64,000 nucleotides of DNA. It comes from Octopus vulgaris (lineage: Eukaryota). The stretch spans positions 23,064,001 to 23,128,000 of the forward strand of contig OX597832.1 of assembly GCA_951406725.2 (NCBI GenBank). The letters run 5' to 3'. Of this stretch, positions 14,410 to 27,044 are shown piece by piece. A program made the translations under genes and the position numbers. The notes below the pieces were generated by a model. That model saw nothing but the letters and a program-made list of their open reading frames with translations, ran no database searches and had not been told where the DNA came from. How positions within the stretch are numbered: position 1 is the first letter of the stretch; every line of letters begins with the position of its first letter.

Positions 14410-14482
14410 TCCACCAAAAGAAAAGCTCTACCTTGTAACTTGTCCCATCTGTGTGCAGCCCTGTGTGGCCAATAAAGAAACT
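14410..14482 (+). mobile_element. Retroelement 3' tail fragment shared with SINE family B
   Basis: TTGTCCCATCTGTGTGCAGCCCTGTGTGGCCAATAAAGAAA resembles the family B tails at 29479 (-) and 55400 (+). Confidence 0.5.
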
Positions 14483-14491
14483 TATCTATCC

Positions 14492-14555
<64 letters not shown>

Positions 14556-15245
14556 GTGTGTGTATGTATATATATATATGTATATGTACATCTATGTGTG
14601 TGCTCGCTTTTCACGAGAAAACCGCTGCACGAATTGGTACAAAACGCTGGATGCAGGAATAATTTCACCTCAGAACACAATGATATGGACTTAATTTTTT
14701 TATTATAAATAAATAATGTTTCTTTATATGTATAAGATTCACTTCTTTACTAATTTCACTTTCTCTCACTCATCTTCATTCTTCACTCTCTCTCTCTATC
14801 TCATTCCCCTTTCTTCCCTCCTCACTCTATCAATAACACATCGATTTTACAAATATCAATCTTTTAATATTTGGGAGGCGCGTTTCCTATCTAACTTCTC
14901 ACTGTACTTCTTCTCTTTCCATCTCTTTACCATTCTCTCTTCATTCTGTCAAGCGTTTACCGTTGTAACGGTTTCTGGTAGTACAAACTTATTACAACTA
15001 CATTCATTGTATACAATCATCTTACCAGTGTATTTGTGCATCAGTAAATGGCCATGTCTAGAAGAAAGGTAGCAAATTTGTTCTCAGTGCCAAGGTCAGT
15101 GAAGAAAATGTCTCTGTCGAGGGAGAGACATCTGCAAAAATGGATATTACTTTCTGAGAAAGAACATTAATTTCCCACTACAAGTAAATTGTACTGTGTT
15201 AAGGGTACGTGTTTATAACTCGAGTGAAACCGAGTCCTACTGATA

Positions 15246-15609
<364 letters not shown>

Positions 15610-15852
15610 CTTATGACCACCTCACATGTATGGCCCACGCAACTAAACGTTTCACGCACATGGAACCCACGTACGTTCTTCATGCGGACATGAGTTCCAC
15701 GTGCGTGAAGCTTTTAGTAGCATGGGCCATATATGTGATGTAGCCATAACAAACAATATTTACTCTTGTGAGATGGAGTAGTATTTTTGTTGAACCTCGA
15801 CATAGGAGCTAATTCATTACCTTTTCTATGTTTCTATGTTTTAGATAGATAT

Positions 15853-15927
<75 letters not shown>

Positions 15928-15995
15928 GATATACACTTATATATTATTTATATTATTATATGATTGAACGCCACGCATCCATATTCAAGTCAGTT

Positions 15996-16031
<36 letters not shown>

Positions 16032-16064
16032 GTATCTATCTCTTTATATATATATATATATATC

Positions 16065-16487
16065 AACAATAAATTATATAGAGAGATTCAATTGATAATC
16101 TGACCGTATATTTATATTATAAGATAAGATAGTATACTCTGAATATAATATAAGATAACAAGAAAAATTATTAAAAATTATTAGAAATGATAGAAACCCA
16201 AAATTGCATTATTTGATTTATAATCAGTTCATATTCATGTGTATAAGTCTCTTCAGGGTTTTGGCTCAAAGGACAAACGAAATTCCGTTGGAATTTCGTC
16301 TGTCTTATACGCATTGATATGAATTGTTCATAAATCAAATAACGTATATAATTCAAGAGAAATTATTGGCCTTCCAGGGTTTTTAAATGATATTTTAATG
16401 TTATCTTGTATTCATTGTATATTATGTTATATTATAATATAAATAAATAGATTGTCAATTGAATTTCTCTATCTAATTTATTGTTTA
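16065..16487. mobile_element. Diverged foldback/MITE-like element
   Basis: Imperfect inverted arms of about 110 bp (AACAATAAATTATATAGAGAGATTCAATTGA / TCAATTGAATTTCTCTATCTAATTTATTGTT), plus a central hairpin at 16272-16304. Confidence 0.55.
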
Positions 16488-16834
16488 TAATTTCTATTAT
16501 ATTCCTATTTCTGACGCACCAGTAAATTGGATGTTTTACACAGCCCTTTAAAGGAATTTCATTTCGCAGTTTATTACTTTAATATTTCTATATAAGTTGT
16601 TCAAAATATCTCTCAGCAGTGAATTTTTTCTATCCAAGATGTATTTCAGAACTTGTGTAGAAAAGTCACCTTATGCCTTGAAAATGAAGGATGACACTTT
16701 CAACACCTGTCATAAAGTTTCTAAAGTCTCGGAAATACAAATATATTCTTTTGTTGTCTTATACCATCTTATAAATATTTATTTGCAATAAAATACTGCG
16801 GAGAGACATTTTGAACTCACTGTGAATATATATG

Positions 16835-16917
<83 letters not shown>

Positions 16918-16974
16918 TTGTATGTATATATGTGTGTGTGTGTATATATATATGTGTGTATATATATATATACA

Positions 16975-17183
16975 TGTGATCTCTCGAGCACCACCAGTTC
17001 AAATATTTTCTCCTCTGTCTTCCCTCCTTGGGATCTTTCCTTCTCCTTGTTTCCGACGAAGAGCTCCGCTCGAAACGTTAAACCCTCCTTCCCTTCTTTC
17101 CTGAGCATCAATAATACTTTAATTGTTCCACGTCCTGCGTTGCTGTGTTTTTTTCTTTTTTCTGTGTTTTCTTGTTTGGATTA

Positions 17184-17187
<4 letters not shown>
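16975..17187 (+). mobile_element. Short hammerhead-bearing PLE-type non-autonomous element in (AT)n
   Basis: Contains the hammerhead at 17049-17083. Its 3' end TGTTTGGATTAACTTT(AT)n recurs at 63550-63625. Confidence 0.7.
17049..17083 (+). ncRNA. Minimal type I hammerhead ribozyme motif (U4C core variant)
   Basis: GUUU-CCGACGA-A-GAGC(UCC)GCUC-GAAA-CG-UU-AAAC. Stem I GUUU/AAAC, 4-bp stem II, palindromic AACGUU stem III, GUU triplet. Confidence 0.7.
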
Positions 17188-17260
<73 letters not shown>

Positions 17261-17264
17261 GTAT

Positions 17265-17329
<65 letters not shown>

Positions 17330-17444
17330 AAAAAACTCACGGTAAAATAATTCTAAAATAGTTTTATAAAAAACATTTCAGTACCGGTTTCAGTCATTGA
17401 ATACACATATGTACATGCCTACATATATATGTATATGTATATGC

Positions 17445-17705
17445 ACATATGGGCACGGGACGTCAAAAACGTGAACGAAATGAGAAACGAAAACATAATG
17501 AACAAAAGCATGAAAACCGAACATTTTTTCGAACAACGAAAAAAACAAATAGAAAAAACGAGACAGGCAACATAAAGAACATTCCCTTTGTCTGTTGTCC
17601 CCTGTTTTATCTATTCATCGTTTCGAAGGTAGGGACAAGATGCAACTTAGTGAAAACAGTCCTTCCCGCAAAGCAAATTGAATAAAGTTTGGGATTTTTT
17701 GAAGG
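17445..17705 (-). mobile_element. Dispersed repeat, inverted homolog of 57320-57580
   Basis: Shared AACAGTCCTTCCCGCAAAGCAAA and GGGATTTTT blocks. Confidence 0.65.
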
Positions 17706-18599
17706 ATGGTGTCGTGGGCTTCAGTTTTAAGAGGGTTGTGTCTAGAGATGTATGGTGGGGCTTTTGTTTGTAGATCTTTCTTCAATTTGGGATGTCTGAA
17801 TACAAACGCTTAGCTTAGCTTTGGTAGATTTAGGAGACGAGCTTGACCTCGTGGTAAGACACTCATAGAGAGAAATAGTGTATGTATCTTTTTAATTAAC
17901 AACTGCTGATGGTTTGTTAAGGTTCCGAAACTTAGCGGTTAGAGCGAGAGAATACGTGCTAGAATTTTTGAAAAAAAATTGTATTTGAGTTGATTTGTTC
18001 GACCAAAATGGTTCAAGGCAGTGCCCCGAAATCCGATGCCTGGTATATGTAAAATTTAAAGAAAAAGTAGAGTGTTGTGTCTGAAATTCCATTTTCAGAT
18101 CAAATGTGCCAAACTCTTTTTGTCTTTTAAAGAAAGTTAACTTTAATTACTTCATTATAACTACATTTTTATTGCGACCTGTCACCTCTCCGACTATGTG
18201 TAACGAACCAGCAAAACATTCAGGCATTTTTGAAAGACACAACATATCAGTTGTGATGCGTCCGGTTCTTTCGTTAATAGGTCGACACCCAGCAGGCTAC
18301 TTTGTATGCGGCACTTGACATAAATATAGAGAGAGTTCAGATTAAATGATAGGAAATTGGCAAATATTCGCTGCCTGTGAATTACTATATACAATAATGC
18401 AAACATTTAATGCCATACTCTCTAATGATGCTAATATTTCGGTAAATATATTATATCCCTGCAGACGAAATTGTTCCTGAACAACCTCAGAGGAATATGG
18501 TTCATAATGAAATGTCTGCTGCTAACCAAATGTATGCAGATTGTGTAGAATTATGGGAATAAAATATATAAATGCAAAACAGTAAAAAAAGAGAAATTT

Positions 18600-19668
18600 T
18601 ATGAAAGTAAAGGTGAGAGTATGAGAGTAGAGAGGTCAGAGGGCCGATGAGAGTAGTAGGGATGGGTATAGAAAATTGAAATGACAATATTGGTGAAGGT
18701 TAGAGGAGTTAAAATGCAGCAGGCTATAACAGGGAGAGAAAGAGAGAGGGAGAGTGAGACAAACAGACAGATAGGTAGAGAGAAAGAGAGACACAGAGCG
18801 GTAGAAAGACAGAATGACATAGAGAGAGAGACAGTCAGATAGAATGGAAAAGAGAGATGAGGCGGGTTGAGGGTGGAATGAGTTAAGCTCAAAAGAGTAT
18901 AACAAGAGTGAGAGAGATAGGATAGATAAAGAGATAAAAGAAGTAGAGGGGAGAGGAAGTAAATGAGAGAATACGTGGGAGAGCGAGCAGAGAGAGGGCG
19001 GAATAATAGAATATTTGATAACATTCTATTATTCTCTATTAAGAGAGAGGAGTTAAGCTGAAAAAGTATTAATGAGAGGGAGAGAAAGAGTACAGATATA
19101 AAACGATAAACTTTGTGAGGGTGGAAGAAGGAAAGCTTTAAAAGTATGAGAGAGAGAGAGTGAATATATATGGCGGAAAACTTTAAAATTGAGAGAAGAT
19201 AATTAGAGAGGGAGACAGGGGGAGAGTAAACTTGTTTGAGGATGAAAGATGGAATGTAGAGAGGAGGACATCGTGTAATGTAGAGAGAGAAAGGAAAGTA
19301 GACGGAGACAGATAATTAGAGGCGGAGAAAAGTAATGAAAAAGAGAGACAGACAGACAGAGATAGACAGAGAGACAGAGACAGAGAGACACAAAGAGAGG
19401 GTGAGACGGACACATACATTCGTAGAGAGAGAAAGCAAAGAACGCTCGTAAAAGAATGAGCAAGATATAAAAGAGGAAACATTGGACGAGAGAATAAGCG
19501 AAAGGAAAGAGAAAAAAGTTTTATCGATAAGGAAAGAAAGAACGCTGATAAAGGGAGTGAAGGAGTTTCACTTAACGAGAGAATGAAAGCAGAACGTAGG
19601 AAGAGAGAAAGAAAGAGAGAGAGAGAAAGATAAAGAGAGATATATACATAAAGAAGGATAGATATATC

Positions 19669-19700
<32 letters not shown>

Positions 19701-19960
19701 CATACAAAAAGGAAGAGATAGAGAGATACAGAGAGAGGTGCACATAAAGGGAGATAGATATATCTATATATATAGAGAGAGGGAGATATACGGAGAGAAA
19801 GAGTGAAGTATGGAAATGAAAACTGATATGAGATTAAAGCATATGAGATTTTTAGGAGTAAAAAAAAAAACAGGTAAAAGAAAACATACAAAAAATATAA
19901 AAGGAAATATAAAAAGAGAGAAATATGATTGCTGATAATAGAGAAGAACAATACCAAGGA
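18600..19960. repeat. GA-rich low-complexity tract
   Basis: Direct observation; cryptic recurrences of GTTAAGCT(C/G)AAAA(G/A)AGTAT. Confidence 0.8.
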
Positions 19961-22764
19961 AAAAAAACTGTCAGAGGGAGACGTCTGGTGGCGAGTATAT
20001 GAAACATTAAATCACTGAATAACTTCGTTTATGAAGTTGTTGACTCTTGTTTTTTTAGCATTTTTATTTTACGGTTATGCACTTTATACTTAACATATTT
20101 TTTCTTTGTGTTTGTTCATTTATATTGTATGCAATTATAACCTCTAAGTAGCTCAAACCATTTGGTTATGGCCAAGCAGGGACAGTACTCAATCTGTTTC
20201 TTTTTATCTTCTATGTCATTTAGTTTTAGTAATGCTGAGGGACAGTTTTGATCAGAAGCAGGAGTCTCCTTTGGCTCATTCTAAAGTGAAATATGCACTT
20301 AATTTCTTTGTAATCGCTAGTTTATCATGCATACTGCATTGTTAAATAGCGACTCATTATATATTTAATATTCCAATTCATAAATCTGAAGCGTTTTTTG
20401 TATTTATTATATTACTTGTTTTGTCATATGTGTTTTGTCAGTAATGGTCTGAAAGGTGGGTGATGGGGAACTGACCTCCTCTACTCGGTTCAGTGTGTCA
20501 CGTTCAGATAGTCATTGGTTCTTAGACATATCACCCGGCGTTGCCACGATTTGTGAATACAAATTATACTAAAAAATCTTAGAGGCGAACCTGTCTATAT
20601 AGTTGTAAATTATGTACACTGAGACTTAATTTCAACAACAGCAATCTACATCAGCTTTTGCAAAGCTTTATATGTATACAGCTATATTGTGACGTGATTC
20701 TCTCTCCATGGTAGCTCCTGTCTCTAGGCTTTATCATTAAGAGATGATATCCAGAATGACGTGATTCAAGAACGAAGCGAGGCAAAAAATCGTCATCGCA
20801 GAATACTGAATGTGCAAGCTCCGCCGGGCCAGGCGAAATGTCTTGCATTCCACCGTTAAGGAACGAGACAGATGAAGATTCCTTGTTGGCACCATTTGCT
20901 TCACATAGGGCGAAAGGGTTAATGAATGAATAACATTATATGAGGTGAAAATTTTATGATCAAGGTTCACGAATAACAGGTGGAAATGTGCAGTGATATC
21001 TAAGATATCTGAGAAGACTACTCAGTATATTTCCATTCCGATGGAAAGATGATTACGTGAAATAATTTGAGGGGATATCGAAAAGGAGGTAGCCATCAAG
21101 AAGTACTCAGAAGCTTATTTTGACGAGCGTTGTATTATGACAGGCACTAGTCTTGTCGATACAGACGATACAGAAGTATGGTCACTTAGTCAGCATTCAT
21201 TATGTATTTTACTTCATCTGCTACATCACATTTGGACAGGTATCTCTCTACCCGAAATGTTTAATCCCTCACAATTTAAAAAGCGGTAGGCGATTACACA
21301 CCTTGTCATTTAAGCTAATATTTTAAATATTCAGAAACACAATGCGTTTGTACCAAAACTCAGTCGAAAAAGAAACAGAAGTGTTCTGATTTTATTATCA
21401 AATTCAGAAGTAAATTATATATTTTATTTTCAATTTTATATCAGGGTTGCCTTTGATAGCGGATGAACGACATGCACTGCGGTACATGAACACGAATATT
21501 TCAGGTTCTGAATATTTATTATAGGTTTCTGGTCACGTCACTGCTTTGCCCATATTAGATGTATTGGGTAAAGCAATCACAAACCAATCTATCTAGCTTG
21601 TGATAACTATTTATTTATAGAGAATCAGGTTGTATCCAGAAATATTACACAGTTTGAAATTTTGCAGAATAAATTATTTATCTCACCTATATCCACGCTA
21701 TATCTTTCCCTTAGATTTTTTAAATGGCATTTTCTACCTAATAATTCGTGTTCTGGGTGTAATTTCTTCTTTTCTCTTCTATATGCACAGTAAGGATTGA
21801 TACTTGACTTCATACTAAATAGTTTCTCATGAAAAAATGTTAACATAACGAATTAAATTCTTCGATTTTGGATTCTATAGTCTGTAATCCAATGTGAAAC
21901 ATTTATTTGGTAAAATATATATATATATACATATATATGTGAGTAAAAGAAGTATTCAAGCATTCAAGAACAACGAAAACGTTTCCAATAGAAATCGTCA
22001 CCCTTACATTATATTAAATGCTTTTATTTGTTTTTATTATGTATTTATGTATTTCTGAGGTCTTACAGAAAACCCACATTGTCTCACTTAGTCTGTTGAT
22101 TAAATGTCTTGAACGAATCTCTGAAGATTTCAAGAATAAAAAACTACGAGAAAAATTCCAGTTAATGAATTTGTTATAAACAGAGCACAACGAAAAGAAA
22201 CTTATTTTTAATACATAATCTTGAAACCATTCTCTGATTTTTTTCTTCTACTTTTTCTAATATAAATCGAATATACAATAGATATATTGGAAATAGTTAC
22301 CTTCCCTTTTGCTAATTCTATTTTACTTGTTATTTGTGTGTTTTTTGTAAAGTTTTTACATCAGAAACATTCTATTCTTTCCCTGGCAGCCATTCGTCTT
22401 CCTGGTATTACCGCTGCAATAACAATGCTACAGATGTTCGGTCATAATTTCGCTCTGTTCCACCACGTGCTTCCTCTGTCAACAACCCAAACCTCTCAAG
22501 CTGTCATATTTATTTCCTTTCTACTTACTTCTGATGGGTGACATTATTGCGTCTATGTTGGTTGTTTTCTCGTCTTATTATCGGAATCGCTTTCGTATTT
22601 TCATTTTTTCCCTTTCTTCTCTGGATTTTTATTTTCTCATACTTTTACATTTTATTACATAATCATTCATTCTTGAATTCCTGCAAAGTCAACACATACA
22701 CATGCATACAGACACACACACACATACAAACATGTATATATATACATATACATATAAGTAAACA

Positions 22765-22898
22765 TTGCTGCCTGACTGTGTGGGAAGAAGCTTGCTTCCC
22801 AATCACAAAGTTCCGTGTTTCCGTGTTCAGACCCATTGCGTTGGAAGGTGAGCCGACAAAAGCCTTGTGACTGGTCTTTGTTGACCGAAAATCTCGTC

Positions 22899-22900
<2 letters not shown>
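22765..22900 (+). mobile_element. SINE family A 5' half (diverged)
   Basis: GACTGTGTGGGAAGAAGCTTGCTTCCCAATCAC...GCCGACAAAAGCCTTGTGA...CGTCGTATATA. Confidence 0.65.
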
Positions 22901-22941
<41 letters not shown>

Positions 22942-23574
22942 GTTGTATTTCATTTTTTACCAAATAAACGCACGTACGATGTATTCGTTCTTCCCTATGT
23001 TATTACTGTTCTTATGCAAGCCCATGTCCATTGTCCGGAAAACTTTTGTCGCACATTTGTGACCTCAGTGACACTTTATATCTTCGTATGTGCTCTTGCT
23101 CTTCTTATACTATTCTGTTCGTCTATGATATGTATCCGTATATGCGCATGCGTCTGTGTTTGTGTATGTGTGTCTGTGTGTGTGTGAGGGGTCACTGTTC
23201 TTAGTAGCATTACGACCCTCCGCTCAGCCTCTCCTACCTCGTTGCCGATATGCAGCTCTTGAACCCGACTTTTTAGACCGTTCTTGTAACTCACTGTGTT
23301 TGTGTTCACACACAATGCTGCCATCGTAGTTGTTGTTGTTGCTGTTATTGTTATTGTTGTTGTTGCTATTGCTGTTAGTCGTGTTGCCGATATTGTGGCG
23401 GCCGTCTGTGTACCGTATGTGTATATGAGTTCGTTTCCTATGTTGTTTGTATCCTTGCCCTTTCTACAATTAATTTTTATGTCTTTTTTTTATGTTTGTC
23501 ATAGATATGTGCTTATATATCTATTGTGTGTGTATTACGCTGTTTGTATCTGGGCTTTTTTCTTCCTTTATTCG

Positions 23575-23986
23575 TCATGCTGTGTGGTGGAGGGTGATAT
23601 TTTTCCATTCATGTTTTCTCTTGAGGCTCGGTCTCTCTATTGCTATGTGTCTAACCTCTGTAATCAGTCTAAGTGTCGTGTCAGTCCTATGCGTTGATAA
23701 TACTTTGACCTCTATGCTATTGACTGAGCCTCTATGTTCAGCTTGAGCATGCTGGTAGTGCACTGACAAGCCTTTCTCTTCTTTGATCACTCGCCAGTGT
23801 ACATCTATACGCTCTCCTATACTGCCTGCTGTCTCTCCAATGTAAGTAGATGTCATGCTTCTGCACCGCTCCTCAGTACATTGTAAGCTACACACCATAT
23901 CCCTAACCTTGCATTTAACAGGTTGGTTCATCCTACAGACAATAGAATTGTTCTCCATGCATGGGGATCTATCGAAGGGATACATA
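23575..23986 (-). pseudogene. Penelope-like element GIY-YIG endonuclease C-terminal fragment
   Basis: YPFDRSPCMENNSIVC...CKVRDMVCSLQCTEERC...TYIGETAGSIGERIDVH...HAQAEH...LRLITE...PSLKRKHEW shows the Cys-rich linker plus the YIGETxxxxxER(H) signature of PLE endonucleases. Confidence 0.85.
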
Positions 23987-24004
23987 TGCGTATGTGTGTG
24001 TGTG

Positions 24005-24215
24005 TGTCTGTCTGTTTGTTTGTTTCCTACCACCGATTCACGACTGGTGTTGGTTTGATTACCTCCTCGTAACATAGCGATTCGGAAAAAGAGGTGATAG
24101 AGTAATTGCCGGACGAAAAGATAGTACTTGGGTCGGTCCATTCATCTAAAAACTCTTCAAGTCTGTGCTCCAGTATGCGCGCAGTCTAATGCCTGAAACA
24201 GATACAAAAATATAA
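24005..24215 (+). mobile_element. SINE family A 3' half (diverged)
   Basis: GACTGGTGTTGGTTTGATTACCTCCTCGTAACATAGCGATTCGG...GTGCTCCAGTATG...GCAGTCTAATGCCTGAAACA. Confidence 0.65.
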
Positions 24216-24294
24216 AAGGAAAGTTAGATAAAACATGACACTCTTCACAGAGTAATTGTAGATTTTCCCTTCACGCATTATCATTTACTAATTA

Positions 24295-24420
24295 AATTCT
24301 TTATCCTCATGTGGGATAAAGCGCATCAACAAAATATTTCCATCTCTCTCGATCCTTGACAATAGATTAGAGATGCTTCCAACTGTCATTCCCGGCAAAT
24401 GCTTCAGTCATGGTTGGTCT
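24295..24420 (-). pseudogene. RTE-clade LINE extreme 3' end fragment
   Basis: Minus strand SWKHL*SIVKDRERWKYFVDALYPT* resembles the RTE C-terminal DRxxWRxxVxAL motif. Confidence 0.55.
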
Positions 24421-24875
24421 GTCTTGATGAGAGAAGCTGCTCGACATTGTAGCTACTCTTAAGCCTTGATTACGCTGCTCCATGCACAGACTCTGAGGAG
24501 TATCCCCGTTACCAGCACTGACTTCCTACGTTATCCTGTTCGCACTTCAGTAACAATGTCGAATATGATAGTGTAAATATGATAATCCTATGCCTACCAC
24601 ACTCCTTCTTTTTCAACCAGACCTGGAACCGGCTATGACGGAGTCGACACAATATGATTAGTCATATACAAAATAGTTTAAATTAAGACTATAGGCTTTC
24701 AGGTCTCGCACCTGAACTTAGCCAAAAAGTATCTAGAATAGATAGAAGCGAGGCCCAGCGAAAACGGGCGACTAATCAATATAGTACACACCCATATATG
24801 TACATAATGCAAAACTCACATTGAACAGAACCGCGCACCACCCACGCAGCTAAATGCACACATCGTATATATGTA

Positions 24876-24920
<45 letters not shown>

Positions 24921-24981
24921 CAAAAACGAAGTGAGGTTAGGGAACAACAATCAGGTATATCAATATGTATCTATATATATG

Positions 24982-25016
<35 letters not shown>

Positions 25017-25061
25017 GTATATATATATATGTGTATATATATACATATATATATATATATG

Positions 25062-25112
<51 letters not shown>

Positions 25113-25519
25113 GTATATACACATACATACGTACATATAAATACACTATCATAAAAATAAAATAAAAATGTTAGTCCATAAAATGGCAGCACTAGTCAAT
25201 CAAATATCACGCACAATTTTCCTGTCACGTGCGAACTGTCGCTCCAGCATTTATACAGCCACACAATGCTATAACTCTTATCATCTGGACACTTGAACGT
25301 AGGCGGAGATAAAGAAAGAGCGAGCTTGTATTGTGGTCTGAAACTATATGAACTTTTAATCTATTAGTAGTAAATGGCACATATTTTACTACAATACAGG
25401 TTGGCAACGTGGGAGGAATTAATACTAAAATGAACGAATATCTGGATTTAATTATATTACTGCAGTAGAAAATGTATGGTACTCGTGTATATAGTCATTT
25501 TTATAATTTTGAAGTGTAT

Positions 25520-25553
<34 letters not shown>

Positions 25554-25607
25554 TTGCGCACACACAAACACACACATACACGCACAAATACAAACATAAA
25601 TAAGTAG

Positions 25608-25654
<47 letters not shown>

Positions 25655-25688
25655 TGTGTGTATGTGTGTGTGTATATATATATATACA

Positions 25689-25758
<70 letters not shown>

Positions 25759-25766
25759 TATATATA

Positions 25767-26415
25767 CAAGAGTTGGACAAAATAATGGAAACACGTAGCA
25801 CCATAGCATCATAATTTTGAAATATCTATAAAACCGTAAAAAAGCTACGTAACTTTTAGTTGTTTTTTTATTTAGTATTAGTGTTGCTTAATATGTTTTG
25901 CTAAAATTGCTGTTTCTTTTCCGATATCTTCAGAAAAAAGTTTATTAAAATTCATTAAAATGACAGATCTATTGTTCTTTCTAAGATGTCAAATTGATGG
26001 TGCTCGAATAGCAAGCGGTAGCTTAACGAAAACAGCCGAAATCTTTCGCGTATCAAGAAGTACAGTCGCGTATCAAGAAGTACAGTCGCGTATCAAGAAG
26101 TACAGTCGCGTATCAATAAGTAATAACAGCCTTCAAGAAAGATGGAAAAACCTCCTTGTCAAAGCAAAAACTCCAGAAGAAAGACAACACTCTCAGATAA
26201 GGACCGTGGGACACTTACCTGAATTGTTAGGAAGGATCACAGTACAGCTCCCAAAATTACTGCAGAGCTTAATGAGGGCCTCGAGAACCACATTCCACAA
26301 ACACTGTTTGCTGGGAGCTGCACAAAGCCGGGTTTCAGTGGGGGGGCTGCAATCAGAGAACCACTACTTTCAAAAACAAACGTTGCAAAGCGTTTAGATT
26401 GGAATAAAAAATGTC
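25767..26415 (+). mobile_element. Tc1-like transposon 5' part (left TIR plus decayed transposase N-terminus)
   Basis: TA-CAAGAGTTGGACAAAATAATGGAAACAC TIR. ATG at 25960 gives MTDL..RCQIDGARIASGSLTKTAEIFRVSRSTV, and frameshifted segments give TAPKITAELNE and AAIREPLLSKTNVAKRLDW (Tc1 HTH region). Confidence 0.85.
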
Positions 26416-26595
26416 TGTGAGTGTACTTGTGCGTGTATCTTTGTATGTGTGTATGTGTGTTTACAAATATACATACACGCATATGTATATATATTATATG
26501 TGTGTTTGTGTGTGTGTATGATTGTGTAAATATAGATAATTAATGAGTGTAAATAAATATATCAATTATCAGGCACGTTAGCTAAGGATTGGGTG

Positions 26596-26688
26596 ATATA
26601 TCTTGTTAGCGACTTACCATCTAAAGTATGTGAACCAATGATATATATATTTATGTATGTATGCCTATATATGTAAGCATATATATAA

Positions 26689-26728
<40 letters not shown>

Positions 26729-26765
26729 TTTTATATATATACTTATATATATGCTTACATATATA

Positions 26766-26796
<31 letters not shown>

Positions 26797-26842
26797 CATT
26801 GGTTCACATATACTTTAAATGATAAATCGCTAACAAGATATA
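26596..26842. repeat. Long inverted repeat centred on (AT)n
   Basis: TCTTGTTAGCGACTTACCATCTAAAGTATGTGAACCAATGAT pairs with ATCATTGGTTCACATATACTTTAAATGATAAATCGCTAACAAGA. Confidence 0.85.
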
Positions 26843-26936
26843 TATATATATATATATAAATGCTTATGTACCTGTATGTGCGAGTGTGCATGCATACTTG
26901 CAATATATATATATATATATATATATTTACATACAC

Positions 26937-27044
<108 letters not shown>

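Noticed and set aside
15026-15132. Minus-strand segment with good splice acceptor and donor
   Set aside because: All three frames contain stops; it cannot be supported as coding, though a non-coding exon is not excluded.
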